From: Planctomycetota bacterium
GTDB lineage: Bacteria; Planctomycetota; B15-G4
Assembly (NCBI GenBank): GCA_038212275.1
Contig: JBBQUR010000010.1
Span: 64,001 to 128,000, forward strand
Direction of reading: 5' to 3'
Length of the DNA: 64,000 nt
Part shown: in pieces, positions 54,435 through 63,330 of the stretch
Position numbering within the stretch: the stretch's first letter is position 1
How the letters are laid out: each line of letters starts with the position of its first letter
The notes under the pieces: model-generated
The model's input: the letters and a program-made list of their open reading frames with translations, nothing else
Database searches by the model: none
Told to the model about the DNA's origin: nothing
Translations under genes and position numbers: made by a program

Positions 54435-56373
54435 CGGCGTGTGCCGAATGCAGGCGCTGGCGTTCGGCGGCGATGACCGCGTCCTCGATCTTCGCGAAGA
54501 GAATGCCCGGCGTGCCGAGCACGTGGCCGGCGGGAAGCACCGGCGCTTCCCAGCGGACGCTGGCTTCGGGCAGCGCGAGCATCGTGCGCAGGTGCGCGGC
54601 GGCGCTCGGCGTGAACGGAGCCAGCAGCACGGACAGCGCGGCCACCACCTGCAGGTGCTCGTGGATCTGGCGGCCGCAGAGGTCCAGGTCGGACTTGCGC
54701 GTTTTCCACGGCGCGTGCTCGTCGAAGAGCTTGTTGGCCCAGCGGCCGAAGTCGGTCACGCCGGCGGCGGCGCGACGGAACTCGCAGGCGGCCAGCGCGG
54801 CGCCGACCTCGCGCAGCGCGGCGTCGCAGCGCTCATGCGTCGCGTGCAGGCTCTCCGAGGTGCCGCCGGAGAGGCCGGCGGCGCCCGAGTCGCCGCGCGT
54901 CGGAGCGGGGGGCACCTTGCCGCCAAGGTGCGCTGCGGCGAACTTCAGCACGCGCGCGCAGTAGTTGCCGAGCGTGTCGCACAGGTCGGCATTGACGGCA
55001 TTCTGCAGCGCGTTGAACGTGAACTGGCTGTCGCCGACCTCGGGCATCGACACGCAGAGGTACCAGCGCAGCGCATCCGCGCTGAAGAGCTCGAACATGC
55101 GCGCGTTGTCGAGCGTCCATTGGTCGCTGGTTGAGAACTTGCGGCCCTCGAGGTTGTAGAACTCGTTGGCGGGCACGTCCTCGGGCAGCACCCAGGCCTC
55201 GCCCTTGCGCGGCCCGTACAGCGGGCGGCCCGGGGCGAAGCTGCCCTTGGGAAGCTTTTCGTCGGCGCCGGCCTCGCCCTGGCCGGCGAGCATCGCGGGG
55301 AACACGATGCCATGGAAGGGAATGTTGTCCTTGCCGATGAAGTGCACCAGCCGAGGGCCGGCGCTGGCGCTGGCCGATGCGCTGACGCTCGGGCCGATCC
55401 AGTAGCGGCGCCAGTCGTCCGCCTGGGCGGAGCCGCCGCCGGAGGCCTCGCTGCGCTGGTCACCGCGTGCCGCGCGGCCGGCGGCCCACTCGATGGTGGC
55501 CGAGATGTAGCCGATCGGCGCATCGAACCAGACGTAGAGCACCTTGCCCGACACGTCGCCGAGCGACTTGCCGTCCAGGCCCTTCTCGGGGAGCGGCACG
55601 CCCCACGGCAGGTCGCGCGAGATCGGCCGACCATGCAGCTTCTCGCCGTCGATGAGCTTGTCGAACATCATGGCGCGCACGTTCGGCTTGAGGCGGGTGC
55701 GCATCGCCTGCAGGTAGCGCACGAAGCCCGGCCCGTAGGCTTCGGCAAGCCGGGTGCTGTCGCCAGAGATAGGTGCGAGGTCCAGCTCGAACTGCCAGGC
55801 GGTCTTCAGCTGCAGGGCGTCGGTCGGGTCGAGGGTCGAAACGGGGGCGATGAGCTTCGTGGCGTCGAGCCATGCGCCGCACTTGGGGCATTCGTCGCCG
55901 CGCGCGGGGTCGTGGCCGCAAAGGTAGCAGCGGCCGCGCACGTAGCGGTCCGCGAGGAAGCGGCCGGTTTTCTGCGACCAGAGTTGCTGCACGTCACGGC
56001 GCACGAGCAGGCCGGCTCGCAGCAGACGCAGGAAGAACTCCTGGCTCAGCGGATAGTGCGGCTCGCGGTTGGTGGTGCGCGAGAAGTGGTCGAAGCGGAT
56101 GTCGAAGCGATCGAAGAGCGCCTCGATCTCGCCGTGCCAGTGATCCACGTAGGCCTGGTAGCTCTGGCCTTCCTTCTCGGCGTTGAGCGTGATGGCGACG
56201 CCGTGCTCGTCCGTGCCGCACACGTAGACGACGTCGCTGCCAGCGAGGCGGTGGTATCGCGCGAAGATGTCGGCGGGCAGGTAGGCACCGGCGATGTGGC
56301 CGAAGTGCAGCGGGCCGTTCGCGTACGGCAGCGCCGATGTGACGAGCAAGGGGCGTGGATCGGGAGCATTCAT
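54427..56373 (-). CDS. metG: methionine--tRNA ligase (no C-terminal tRNA-binding domain)
   Basis: TSALPYANGPLHFGH, GTDEHG, YVWFDAPIGY, FIGKDN, KFSTS. Confidence 0.96.
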   Translation of the reverse strand: MNAPDPRPLLVTSALPYANGPLHFGHIAGAYLPADIFARYHRLAGSDVVYVCGTDEHGVAITLNAEKEGQSYQAYVDHWHGEIEALFDRFDIRFDHFSRTTNREPHYPLSQEFFLRLLRAGLLVRRDVQQLWSQKTGRFLADRYVRGRCYLCGHDPARGDECPKCGAWLDATKLIAPVSTLDPTDALQLKTAWQFELDLAPISGDSTRLAEAYGPGFVRYLQAMRTRLKPNVRAMMFDKLIDGEKLHGRPISRDLPWGVPLPEKGLDGKSLGDVSGKVLYVWFDAPIGYISATIEWAAGRAARGDQRSEASGGGSAQADDWRRYWIGPSVSASASASAGPRLVHFIGKDNIPFHGIVFPAMLAGQGEAGADEKLPKGSFAPGRPLYGPRKGEAWVLPEDVPANEFYNLEGRKFSTSDQWTLDNARMFELFSADALRWYLCVSMPEVGDSQFTFNALQNAVNADLCDTLGNYCARVLKFAAAHLGGKVPPAPTRGDSGAAGLSGGTSESLHATHERCDAALREVGAALAACEFRRAAAGVTDFGRWANKLFDEHAPWKTRKSDLDLCGRQIHEHLQVVAALSVLLAPFTPSAAAHLRTMLALPEASVRWEAPVLPAGHVLGTPGILFAKIEDAVIAAERQRLHSAHAAT

Positions 56374-56453
56374 CAGCTTGTGTGTAGCAAAAAAGGTGAC
56401 AGACGCGAGCGCCGCTGCCGTGTCGCAGGGGTCCGCCAGTGTGCCGGGTCAGC

Positions 56454-56888
56454 CTACTGCAGGCGATCCCGCGCCGCTGCCGGGTGGTCGAGCCCATTCA
56501 GGCCGGCGCGCATGGCGTCTGCCGCCGACAGCGAAATCCTGAGCGCGCGGTGTCCGACGCCCGTCAACTCGAAGAAGCGGCGCGGATGCGGGCCAGTCGA
56601 ACCGGCACCGGCGAGCACCGAGCCAACGACGTAGCCCCGCAGCTCGAGCCGCTTGAGGGCCTTGTAGACCGAGGCGTAAAGCAACTCACGCCCCGTGCGC
56701 TTGCGGATCTCATGACAGAGGAAGACGCCGTAGCTCCGGGGGCCGAGCCGCGCGACCGCCAGGAGCGAGAGCTGCTCCAGGCCGCCGAGCAGAACCGGTT
56801 GCTCCTCGTCGTAGGCGGACGGGTCCGTGGCGTATCCGATGCCTCTTCGCATGCTCGTGCCGACGGCCTCGACCCCGCCACGTGACAT
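56454..56888 (-). CDS. PadR-family transcriptional regulator
   Basis: LGGLEQLSLLAV..YG..I..RTGR..SVYKALKRLE.RGYV..RRFFELT..G; start may be downstream (MRRG, 56852). Confidence 0.82.
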   Translation of the reverse strand: MSRGGVEAVGTSMRRGIGYATDPSAYDEEQPVLLGGLEQLSLLAVARLGPRSYGVFLCHEIRKRTGRELLYASVYKALKRLELRGYVVGSVLAGAGSTGPHPRRFFELTGVGHRALRISLSAADAMRAGLNGLDHPAAARDRLQ

Positions 56889-56973
56889 CCCGGCCGGCGG
56901 AAATTCCTGTGTGGTGCGTCGCCGCGGCTCGGCGTCGCGTCGCGGCGGCTCATGGCGAGGGCGATCCGCGCCG

Positions 56974-57010
56974 CCGTGTGATGTTGAGGCAGTGCCTCTA
57001 CATCACACGG
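56974..57010. promoter_or_regulatory. 37-bp near-perfect palindrome, candidate PadR operator or hairpin
   Basis: CCGTGTGATGT-T-GAGGCA-G-TGCCTC-T-ACATCACACGG. Confidence 0.6.
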
Positions 57011-57182
57011 GTCGCCTGGCGCCCCGGCGAGAGGTCCGATCCCGGCAGGAAATCGTCCCCGGCGAGAGTGCTGGCCGCTGGCCGCGAGTCGAAACCCGCC
57101 AGCGGCGCGCCGAAACCTGCGAGCGGCGCGCAGGAAGCCGCGCGGCGGGCGCTGGCCGCCGGAATGCAGCGTGCCGGCGTGT

Positions 57183-58001
<819 letters not shown>

Positions 58002-58011
58002 GGGCCGCGTT

Positions 58012-58791
58012 CTAGCGCCGGTCCGCGAGTTCGGCACGCAGGCAGAGGAGGGTCGCGCCGACCACCGCGAAGGGCGCCAGGGGCGGCAGCAGGCTGACCG
58101 GTATCCCCAGGCCGAGGAGAAGCCCCGGATGCCGGCGCGCCCAGAGTCGCCGGGCCGGCGCACCCAGCCGCTGCCGGGCCAGCGTGATGTCCGCGAGCCC
58201 GAATCCCGTGAAGAAGAACCCGGCCAGCATGAACAGCGGCGCGCCGATCGCCGTGAAGCTGAGCAGGAACAGCAGCGACAGGATGCAAGCCTGCATGGCG
58301 GCCAGCGACAGCGCCGCACCCAGGGCGGCCCACGCATCGCCGAGCACCGCCGACCACGGCCGCGCCTCCTCCGCGCGGCGCTCCACGAGCCGCTGCACCT
58401 GCTCCGAGAGCAGCTCGTAGAACGGGGCGTTGATGACGCTGGACGCCAGCAGCGTCACGAGCAGCGCCGCGAGGAAGGAGACCACGGTCAGCAGCACGCC
58501 GACCACCGGCGCAAGAAAGGAGCGCATGCCGTCGAACCAGCCCCAGGACGCCTCCGCGAGGTTGGCCTGCATCCCCTGGGCGACATTCCAGCCCAGCAGG
58601 AAGAGCAGGCCGAAGGTCACGGTGTTGATGAGCAGCGGCACGACGATCCAGACCCACAGGCGCGGGTGGTGGCCGACGAGCCGCGCACCGGTCAGGGCGC
58701 CCGCCAGGCCGTCGGCGAATCCGGGCTTGCGTCTGATGGTCGTGCGCGCTGACGCGCGCGTCGGCGCGGGAGTAGGCGTGGGAGCGGACAT
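58012..58791 (-). CDS. EI24/CysZ-family membrane protein
   Basis: LWVWIVVPLLIN, INAPFYELLSEQV, multiple TM helices, AVVGATL. Confidence 0.8.
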   Translation of the reverse strand: MSAPTPTPAPTRASARTTIRRKPGFADGLAGALTGARLVGHHPRLWVWIVVPLLINTVTFGLLFLLGWNVAQGMQANLAEASWGWFDGMRSFLAPVVGVLLTVVSFLAALLVTLLASSVINAPFYELLSEQVQRLVERRAEEARPWSAVLGDAWAALGAALSLAAMQACILSLLFLLSFTAIGAPLFMLAGFFFTGFGLADITLARQRLGAPARRLWARRHPGLLLGLGIPVSLLPPLAPFAVVGATLLCLRAELADRR

Positions 58792-58908
58792 CGGCCGCAG
58801 ATCATCGGTGCGACGCCGGGCCTGCGCCAGCCCGTGGCGCTGCGCGCCGCGCGCCGCTACATTCGCCGCGATGTCCCTCGTGCCTCACATGGCGGCGGCT
58901 TTTCACCC

Positions 58909-59922
58909 ATGACGGCCGCAGCCACGGCGCCGCTGCCGCATGTCGTCATCCTGGCCACCGGCGGCACCATTGCCGGCGTGTCGGCGTCGCCCAGCGACAG
59001 CAGCAGCTACACGTCGGGCGCGCTGCCCGTGGAGTCGCTGCTGCAGGCGGTGCCGCAGCTCCGCGAGCTGGCCCATGTGCGCGCCGAGCAGGTCGCATCC
59101 ATCGGCAGCCAGGACATGGACGACGCGCTCTGGATTGCGCTCGCGCGGCGCATCCGCGCGCTGCTCGCGGAGCCGGAGGTGGACGGCATCGTCGTCACGC
59201 ACGGCACCGACACGCTCGAGGAGACGGCCTACTTCCTCAACCTCGTCCTGCCGACGGACAAGCCGCTGGTGCTCACCGGCGCCATCCGGCCGGCCAACGC
59301 GCTCTCGGCGGACGGGCCGCTCAACCTGTTCAACGCGGTGGCCGTGGCTGCAAATCCCGCGGCCGCCCGGCACGGCGCGCTGGTCGTGGCCAACGACGTG
59401 ATCCACGGCGCGCGCGAGGTCACCAAGACGCAGACGCTCTCGGTGCAGGCCTTCGAGTCCATGCTCGGCGGCCCGATCGGCTCGCTGCATTACGGGAGCA
59501 TGCAGTTCTTCCGCGCGCCGGCGCACCGGCGCCTGCTCGATGACGCGGCGCTCGCCGTGCTGACCACGCCGCTGCCGCGCGTCGAGATCATCTACGCGCA
59601 CGCCAACATGTGCGGCGAACTCATCGACCTCACGGTGCAGGCCGGCGCGCGCGGCCTCGTGCTGGCCGGCGTGGGCGACGGCAACGCGAGCCAGACGGCG
59701 CTCGCGGCCTTGGCCCGCGCGTCGAAGCGCGGCGTGCCGGTGGTCCGCAGCACGCGCGCCGACGGCGGCGCCGTGCTCCGCAACGCCGAGGTGGACGACG
59801 ACGCGCAGGGTTTCGTGGCCGCCGGCGTCCTCAACCCGCAGAAGGCCCGCATCCTGCTGGCCCTCGCGCTGCGCACGACCACGGACCCGCGCGCCATCCA
59901 GGCGCTGTTCGACACGTACTGA
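58909..59922 (+). CDS. ansB: L-asparaginase / glutaminase (type II-like sequence)
   Basis: ATGGTIAG, IGSQDM, HGTDTLEETAYFL, SADGPLNL, GVGDGN, LNPQKARILL. Confidence 0.9.
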   Translation: MTAAATAPLPHVVILATGGTIAGVSASPSDSSSYTSGALPVESLLQAVPQLRELAHVRAEQVASIGSQDMDDALWIALARRIRALLAEPEVDGIVVTHGTDTLEETAYFLNLVLPTDKPLVLTGAIRPANALSADGPLNLFNAVAVAANPAAARHGALVVANDVIHGAREVTKTQTLSVQAFESMLGGPIGSLHYGSMQFFRAPAHRRLLDDAALAVLTTPLPRVEIIYAHANMCGELIDLTVQAGARGLVLAGVGDGNASQTALAALARASKRGVPVVRSTRADGGAVLRNAEVDDDAQGFVAAGVLNPQKARILLALALRTTTDPRAIQALFDTY

Positions 59923-59986
59923 GGCGGCAGGAATCAGGCCGCGTTGCGGGTCAGATTCAGCGCGGGGAAGTCACAGTCCTGCACGT

Positions 59987-60297
59987 GCCCGATTCGCGAC
60001 GCAGCGCGTCTCGCATCCACCGAGGGGAAACGAGACGCGCTGCGTCTCGAATCGGGCGAGGGCACGATCCGCCACATGGGAGGTGGAGAATTGAGCTGGA
60101 TCCACGACAGGCTGCTGCTGAAGGTCGAGAACCCTGCGGCTCGCAAATGGCACATGATCGAGGCCGCCGGCCAGCATTGGTCAGCCCGCCAGCTCGACCG
60201 GCAGATCGCGGTGCTCCATTGCGAGCGCCTGCTGACGCTGGCGCTGCTGCGCACCCGGGATCCGGTGGCCAACCATGCGCTGTTCGACGCGTGGTGA
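59987..60297 (+). pseudogene. fragment of DUF1016 (YhcG-like) protein
   Basis: ELSWIHDRLLLKVENPAARKWHMIEAAGQHWSARQLDRQIAVLHCERLL resembles the LSWSHY..W..R.L.RQI..YER signature; no credible start and no nuclease half. Confidence 0.7.
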
Positions 60298-60321
60298 GAC
60301 AGAGGGGGGCCGGCGCAGGTT

Positions 60322-60565
60322 TCAATGGGTCGAGGGTGACTCGGACTCAACACCCATCCAGGCACGAGGTGCACATTCTCGGGGTTGATGGGAGGTAGGG
60401 GAACCGGCGGCTTGAATGGTTCGGCGCGGATCCGGACGACTTCCGTGATGAGTAGGCGTGAGCGCTCGATGGGATCGGCGACCGGGGTGTCGAACACGAT
60501 GCGCAGGAGCCGCTCTTCCCGCCTCGACCACGGGGCATCGATGGCGTTGAGCGCGCGCCATGCGG
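60322..60565 (-). pseudogene. C-terminal relic of an R-M-associated helicase-like protein, frameshifted
   Basis: APWSRREERLLR..EPFKPPVPLPPINPENVHLV, then in another frame WMGVE; recalled PLPPI...HLVCWM C-terminal motif. Confidence 0.5.
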
Positions 60566-60961
60566 CCGCTTCGCGGGCCCCTTCAGTCACTGCGCGTGAA
60601 CGAGATCTGGGCAACGCAGGCAACTGGGGCAGAGGTGGTTTCCGCGAGTTCAATCGCTCCGCGATCCGATCCGGCGCCAAGGAGCACAGTCTCGCTTCAG
60701 AATCACGGCTTTCGTGAAAGGTCTCGATGGCGTGAATCCTCCGGCTTGCCTGGACGCTGCGAGGCCTCCGGGCGCGGCTCGGCGCCGGGCAGCAGGTGCA
60801 CCCGAAGCAGGCAACTCCGCAGGACTAGCGCGCGGGTTCCCGCCAAGCCGCCGCGCCCGGCGTCGAAGGAATTGCGAATCGGTCAACGCTGCGCCAGTGC
60901 TTGGGCTTCCCGACAGCCTGGCCGCGTCAAGGAAGGTCCATCGTTCGCTCGCAGCCATCGT

Positions 60962-60967
60962 TATCAT
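60962..60967 (+). promoter_or_regulatory. -10 element TATCAT, leaderless-type promoter of the TIGR04255-like gene
   Basis: 6 nt upstream of ATG 60974; no SD sequence. Confidence 0.45.
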
Positions 60968-60973
60968 CCCCCC

Positions 60974-61708
60974 ATGCCAACGATCCGACACCTTTCACGC
61001 GCACCCGTCGTTGAGGCGCTGATCGACTACCGTGTCAAGGCACGCCCGGATCTGGATGTCGCCGAATTTCTTGCATGCCGCCCTAGCGTCATCTCCCGGT
61101 TTCCGAGGCATCACGAGCAGCGACGGATCGAGGCGCAGATCAACATCTCGGACGCGAAGGCGAAGGCGCCCGTGTTGGAGGATCTGGGCGTCCTCGGTCA
61201 CGTATTCGTCAGCGAGGACGGGAAGACGTTCGCACAGTTTCGCGCCGATGGCTTCACGCTCAACAAGCTCCAGCCCTATTCGAGCTGGGATGAGCTGTTC
61301 CCCTTGGCCACGGAACTATGGAAACTCTATTCGACGGTGGCCCGGCCGGTGAGCGTGACGCGGGTGGCGGTTCGCACGATCAATAGAATCCGCATGCCTG
61401 TTTCAGACGTTCATTTTGAGGACTTTTTCGTTGCATCTCCCAGCATTCCTCCCGAATTGCCGCAGCATGTGAGTGGTTTTTCAAGTCAACTCACGATCCC
61501 TGATCCTGCACGGGGGGTCGCAGCGCACATCGTCCAGGTGTTGGAGCGCGGTGCAGAAGGCATCTCCGTGATTCTCGACGTGGACGCCTTCAAGGACGGT
61601 CCGATTGTCGACGCGCAGCTTCCAACCGCCTTCGCAACGCTTCGTGAATTCAAGAACCTCATCTTCTTCAGCATGGTCACTGACCGATGCCTGCGAGACT
61701 TTGACTGA
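60974..61708 (+). CDS. TIGR04255-family-like protein
   Basis: L.RAPVVEALID.R, QFRADGFTLNKL.PYSSW, RVAVRTINRI, ILDVD, LREFKN.IFF; 244 aa. Confidence 0.75.
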   Translation: MPTIRHLSRAPVVEALIDYRVKARPDLDVAEFLACRPSVISRFPRHHEQRRIEAQINISDAKAKAPVLEDLGVLGHVFVSEDGKTFAQFRADGFTLNKLQPYSSWDELFPLATELWKLYSTVARPVSVTRVAVRTINRIRMPVSDVHFEDFFVASPSIPPELPQHVSGFSSQLTIPDPARGVAAHIVQVLERGAEGISVILDVDAFKDGPIVDAQLPTAFATLREFKNLIFFSMVTDRCLRDFD

Positions 61709-62202
61709 TGATGCTCGCTTGCCCAGCCGTCGCTCCCGCCGCACCTGACGGCACAGTCTCCTACGCGATCTACGATGAAGGTGCCGGGGTTTGGGATCCG
61801 ATGGACTCCGCGATCGACCCAGGCAGAAGCGTCTCCGTGGGTGATGTGAATCGCAGAGTAGTATTCACACGGTTCGTGGCGGCGGCTGCGGCGGCTCAGC
61901 ATGACAATTGGGATGCGCTTGGATCCGCCCGAGTGCAGCCAGGCTCCTTCATCTACGCGCGGCGGTTCCTGAATGCGCTTTCAAGTTCGATACCGATGCC
62001 CAGTGTTGCCGTCGAGACCGACGGCGAGATCTGCTTTGATTGGCATCTCGGTCCTCGAAGAACCGTGGCCGTTTCCGTTGGCAGGGATGGCACGCTCGGT
62101 TTTGCAAGCCTGATCGGCGACGAGAGTCTGCACGGCATCTCTCAGTATCGGGACGGCGTCCCGACAGCTATTGCCGCACTTTTGGAACGGCTGGATGCCT
62201 GA
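61708..62202 (+). CDS. hypothetical protein with NWD motif (putative antitoxin-like partner)
   Basis: TGATG coupling; HDNWDALGS..ARRFLNAL..P.P.V..DGEI.FDW pattern. Confidence 0.65.
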   Translation: MMLACPAVAPAAPDGTVSYAIYDEGAGVWDPMDSAIDPGRSVSVGDVNRRVVFTRFVAAAAAAQHDNWDALGSARVQPGSFIYARRFLNALSSSIPMPSVAVETDGEICFDWHLGPRRTVAVSVGRDGTLGFASLIGDESLHGISQYRDGVPTAIAALLERLDA

Positions 62203-62602
62203 TTGTCCTGACATCGCGGGTGACGAGCAGCTCACTCGGTACGTGTTCCAAAGCAATCAGCTGAGCGGGGAACCTGCTCATGCGACCTATCGAGCTTTCA
62301 TGCCGGACGGCAAGGACAACGAGACGTCCGTGTTTCGCACCGAAGAAATGCACATCTTGGAGATCTGGGACCTCGGTGATCGCGAAGTAGCGCCTGTGCG
62401 CGGCTTCCCCATCATCGGTCGCGCAACGACGCGACCATCCAGCATTGCGAGCGTCGCCCTGCGCGTCGAACCGGATGAGCCGCCCACGCGGCATGCGGCC
62501 ATCCGTGGCTGGCCGGTTCATGTTGACCCTACCGCGAAGAAGACCGCAGCCAAGGCGATAGCGATGCGCTTGGCGGCACTCTCTGAGGCTGAAAGGCGCT
62601 AG
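62195..62602 (+). CDS. small hypothetical protein, possible ADP-ribosyltransferase/RES-like toxin
   Basis: 8-nt overlap with the previous gene; E.LTRY, AFMP, ETSVFR, HAAIRGWP motifs; function is inference. Confidence 0.55.
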   Translation: MPDCPDIAGDEQLTRYVFQSNQLSGEPAHATYRAFMPDGKDNETSVFRTEEMHILEIWDLGDREVAPVRGFPIIGRATTRPSSIASVALRVEPDEPPTRHAAIRGWPVHVDPTAKKTAAKAIAMRLAALSEAERR

Positions 62603-62637
62603 TTCGTTCGTGGCCTCGCACGCGGTGCGCTTGATGG

Positions 62638-63150
62638 TCAGCCAGTGCGACGCTTCCAGTCGCGGACGTACTTCAGTGTCGCGCGCAGTCGGGCCTAATG
62701 GTCCCAGCCTTCATGGAAGGTCTCGAAGAGGTGGATAAGCTGCGGCTCGCTCAGGCCGTAGAGGTGCGCGACGACGGCGTCGAGTTCATGGATGTGGTCT
62801 GCCTGCGTGTCTGGAGCGAGCGGACCGCAGGCGACGCAGACCTACTCGGCCCACGACGCGAATCGATCGTCGGGGCAGGCCGGCTTGGCGTTGAGGGCCA
62901 CCACGCGCGCGGCATCTGGATCGCGCGGGTCAGGCCGCGGCACGGGCATCGGATTGAAGATGAAGTAGTTGAGCTTGATCTCGACAAAGCGGCGCGAGTC
63001 CCAGTCCAGCGGGAGCGAAGCCTGCACTCCAAGCAGGAAGGCCTGATCCTTGACGGTGCCTCGGGGCCAGGGGAGGAACGGACCCTTGTTCGTGATGAAC
63101 ACGTTTGGCGTCACGAGTGCCGTGATCACCGTGCGCGAGTTTGTTCGATC
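62638..63150 (-). pseudogene. C-terminal relic of a type IIG/Eco57I-like restriction-modification enzyme with two in-frame TAG stops
   Basis: RTNSRTVITALV..SLPLDW.SRRFVE..NYFIFN..PVP..WAE*V..ELDAVVAHLYGLSEPQLIHLFETFHEGWDH*ARL; stops at 62842-62844 and 62695-62697. Confidence 0.7.
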
Positions 63151-63330
63151 CGCCTATAGACCGGGTCGCAAGTCGCCCGGGTTCGCGCGAATCGCCAGCC
63201 CACTCACTCGTGGCCTTCGCCCGCGCAGGGCGCGCGCGCACTGCCCTTCGTCCTGAGGATCCTGAGCCTTTCGGGCACGGCCCGGAGTACAACGTCGACG
63301 TCGGCGAGCAGCTTCGGGAGGGACAAGGGC

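Noticed and set aside
62638..63150. Amber recoding (pyrrolysine or stop reassignment) in the R-M fragment
   Set aside because: TAG terminates genuine genes in this window, the fragment lacks its 5' portion, and neighbouring relics are also degraded; pseudogenisation is simpler.
62698..63159. 153-aa plus-strand ORF as a fourth gene of the three-gene cassette
   Set aside because: It is the antisense shadow of the minus-strand R-M relic, which carries the recognisable motifs.
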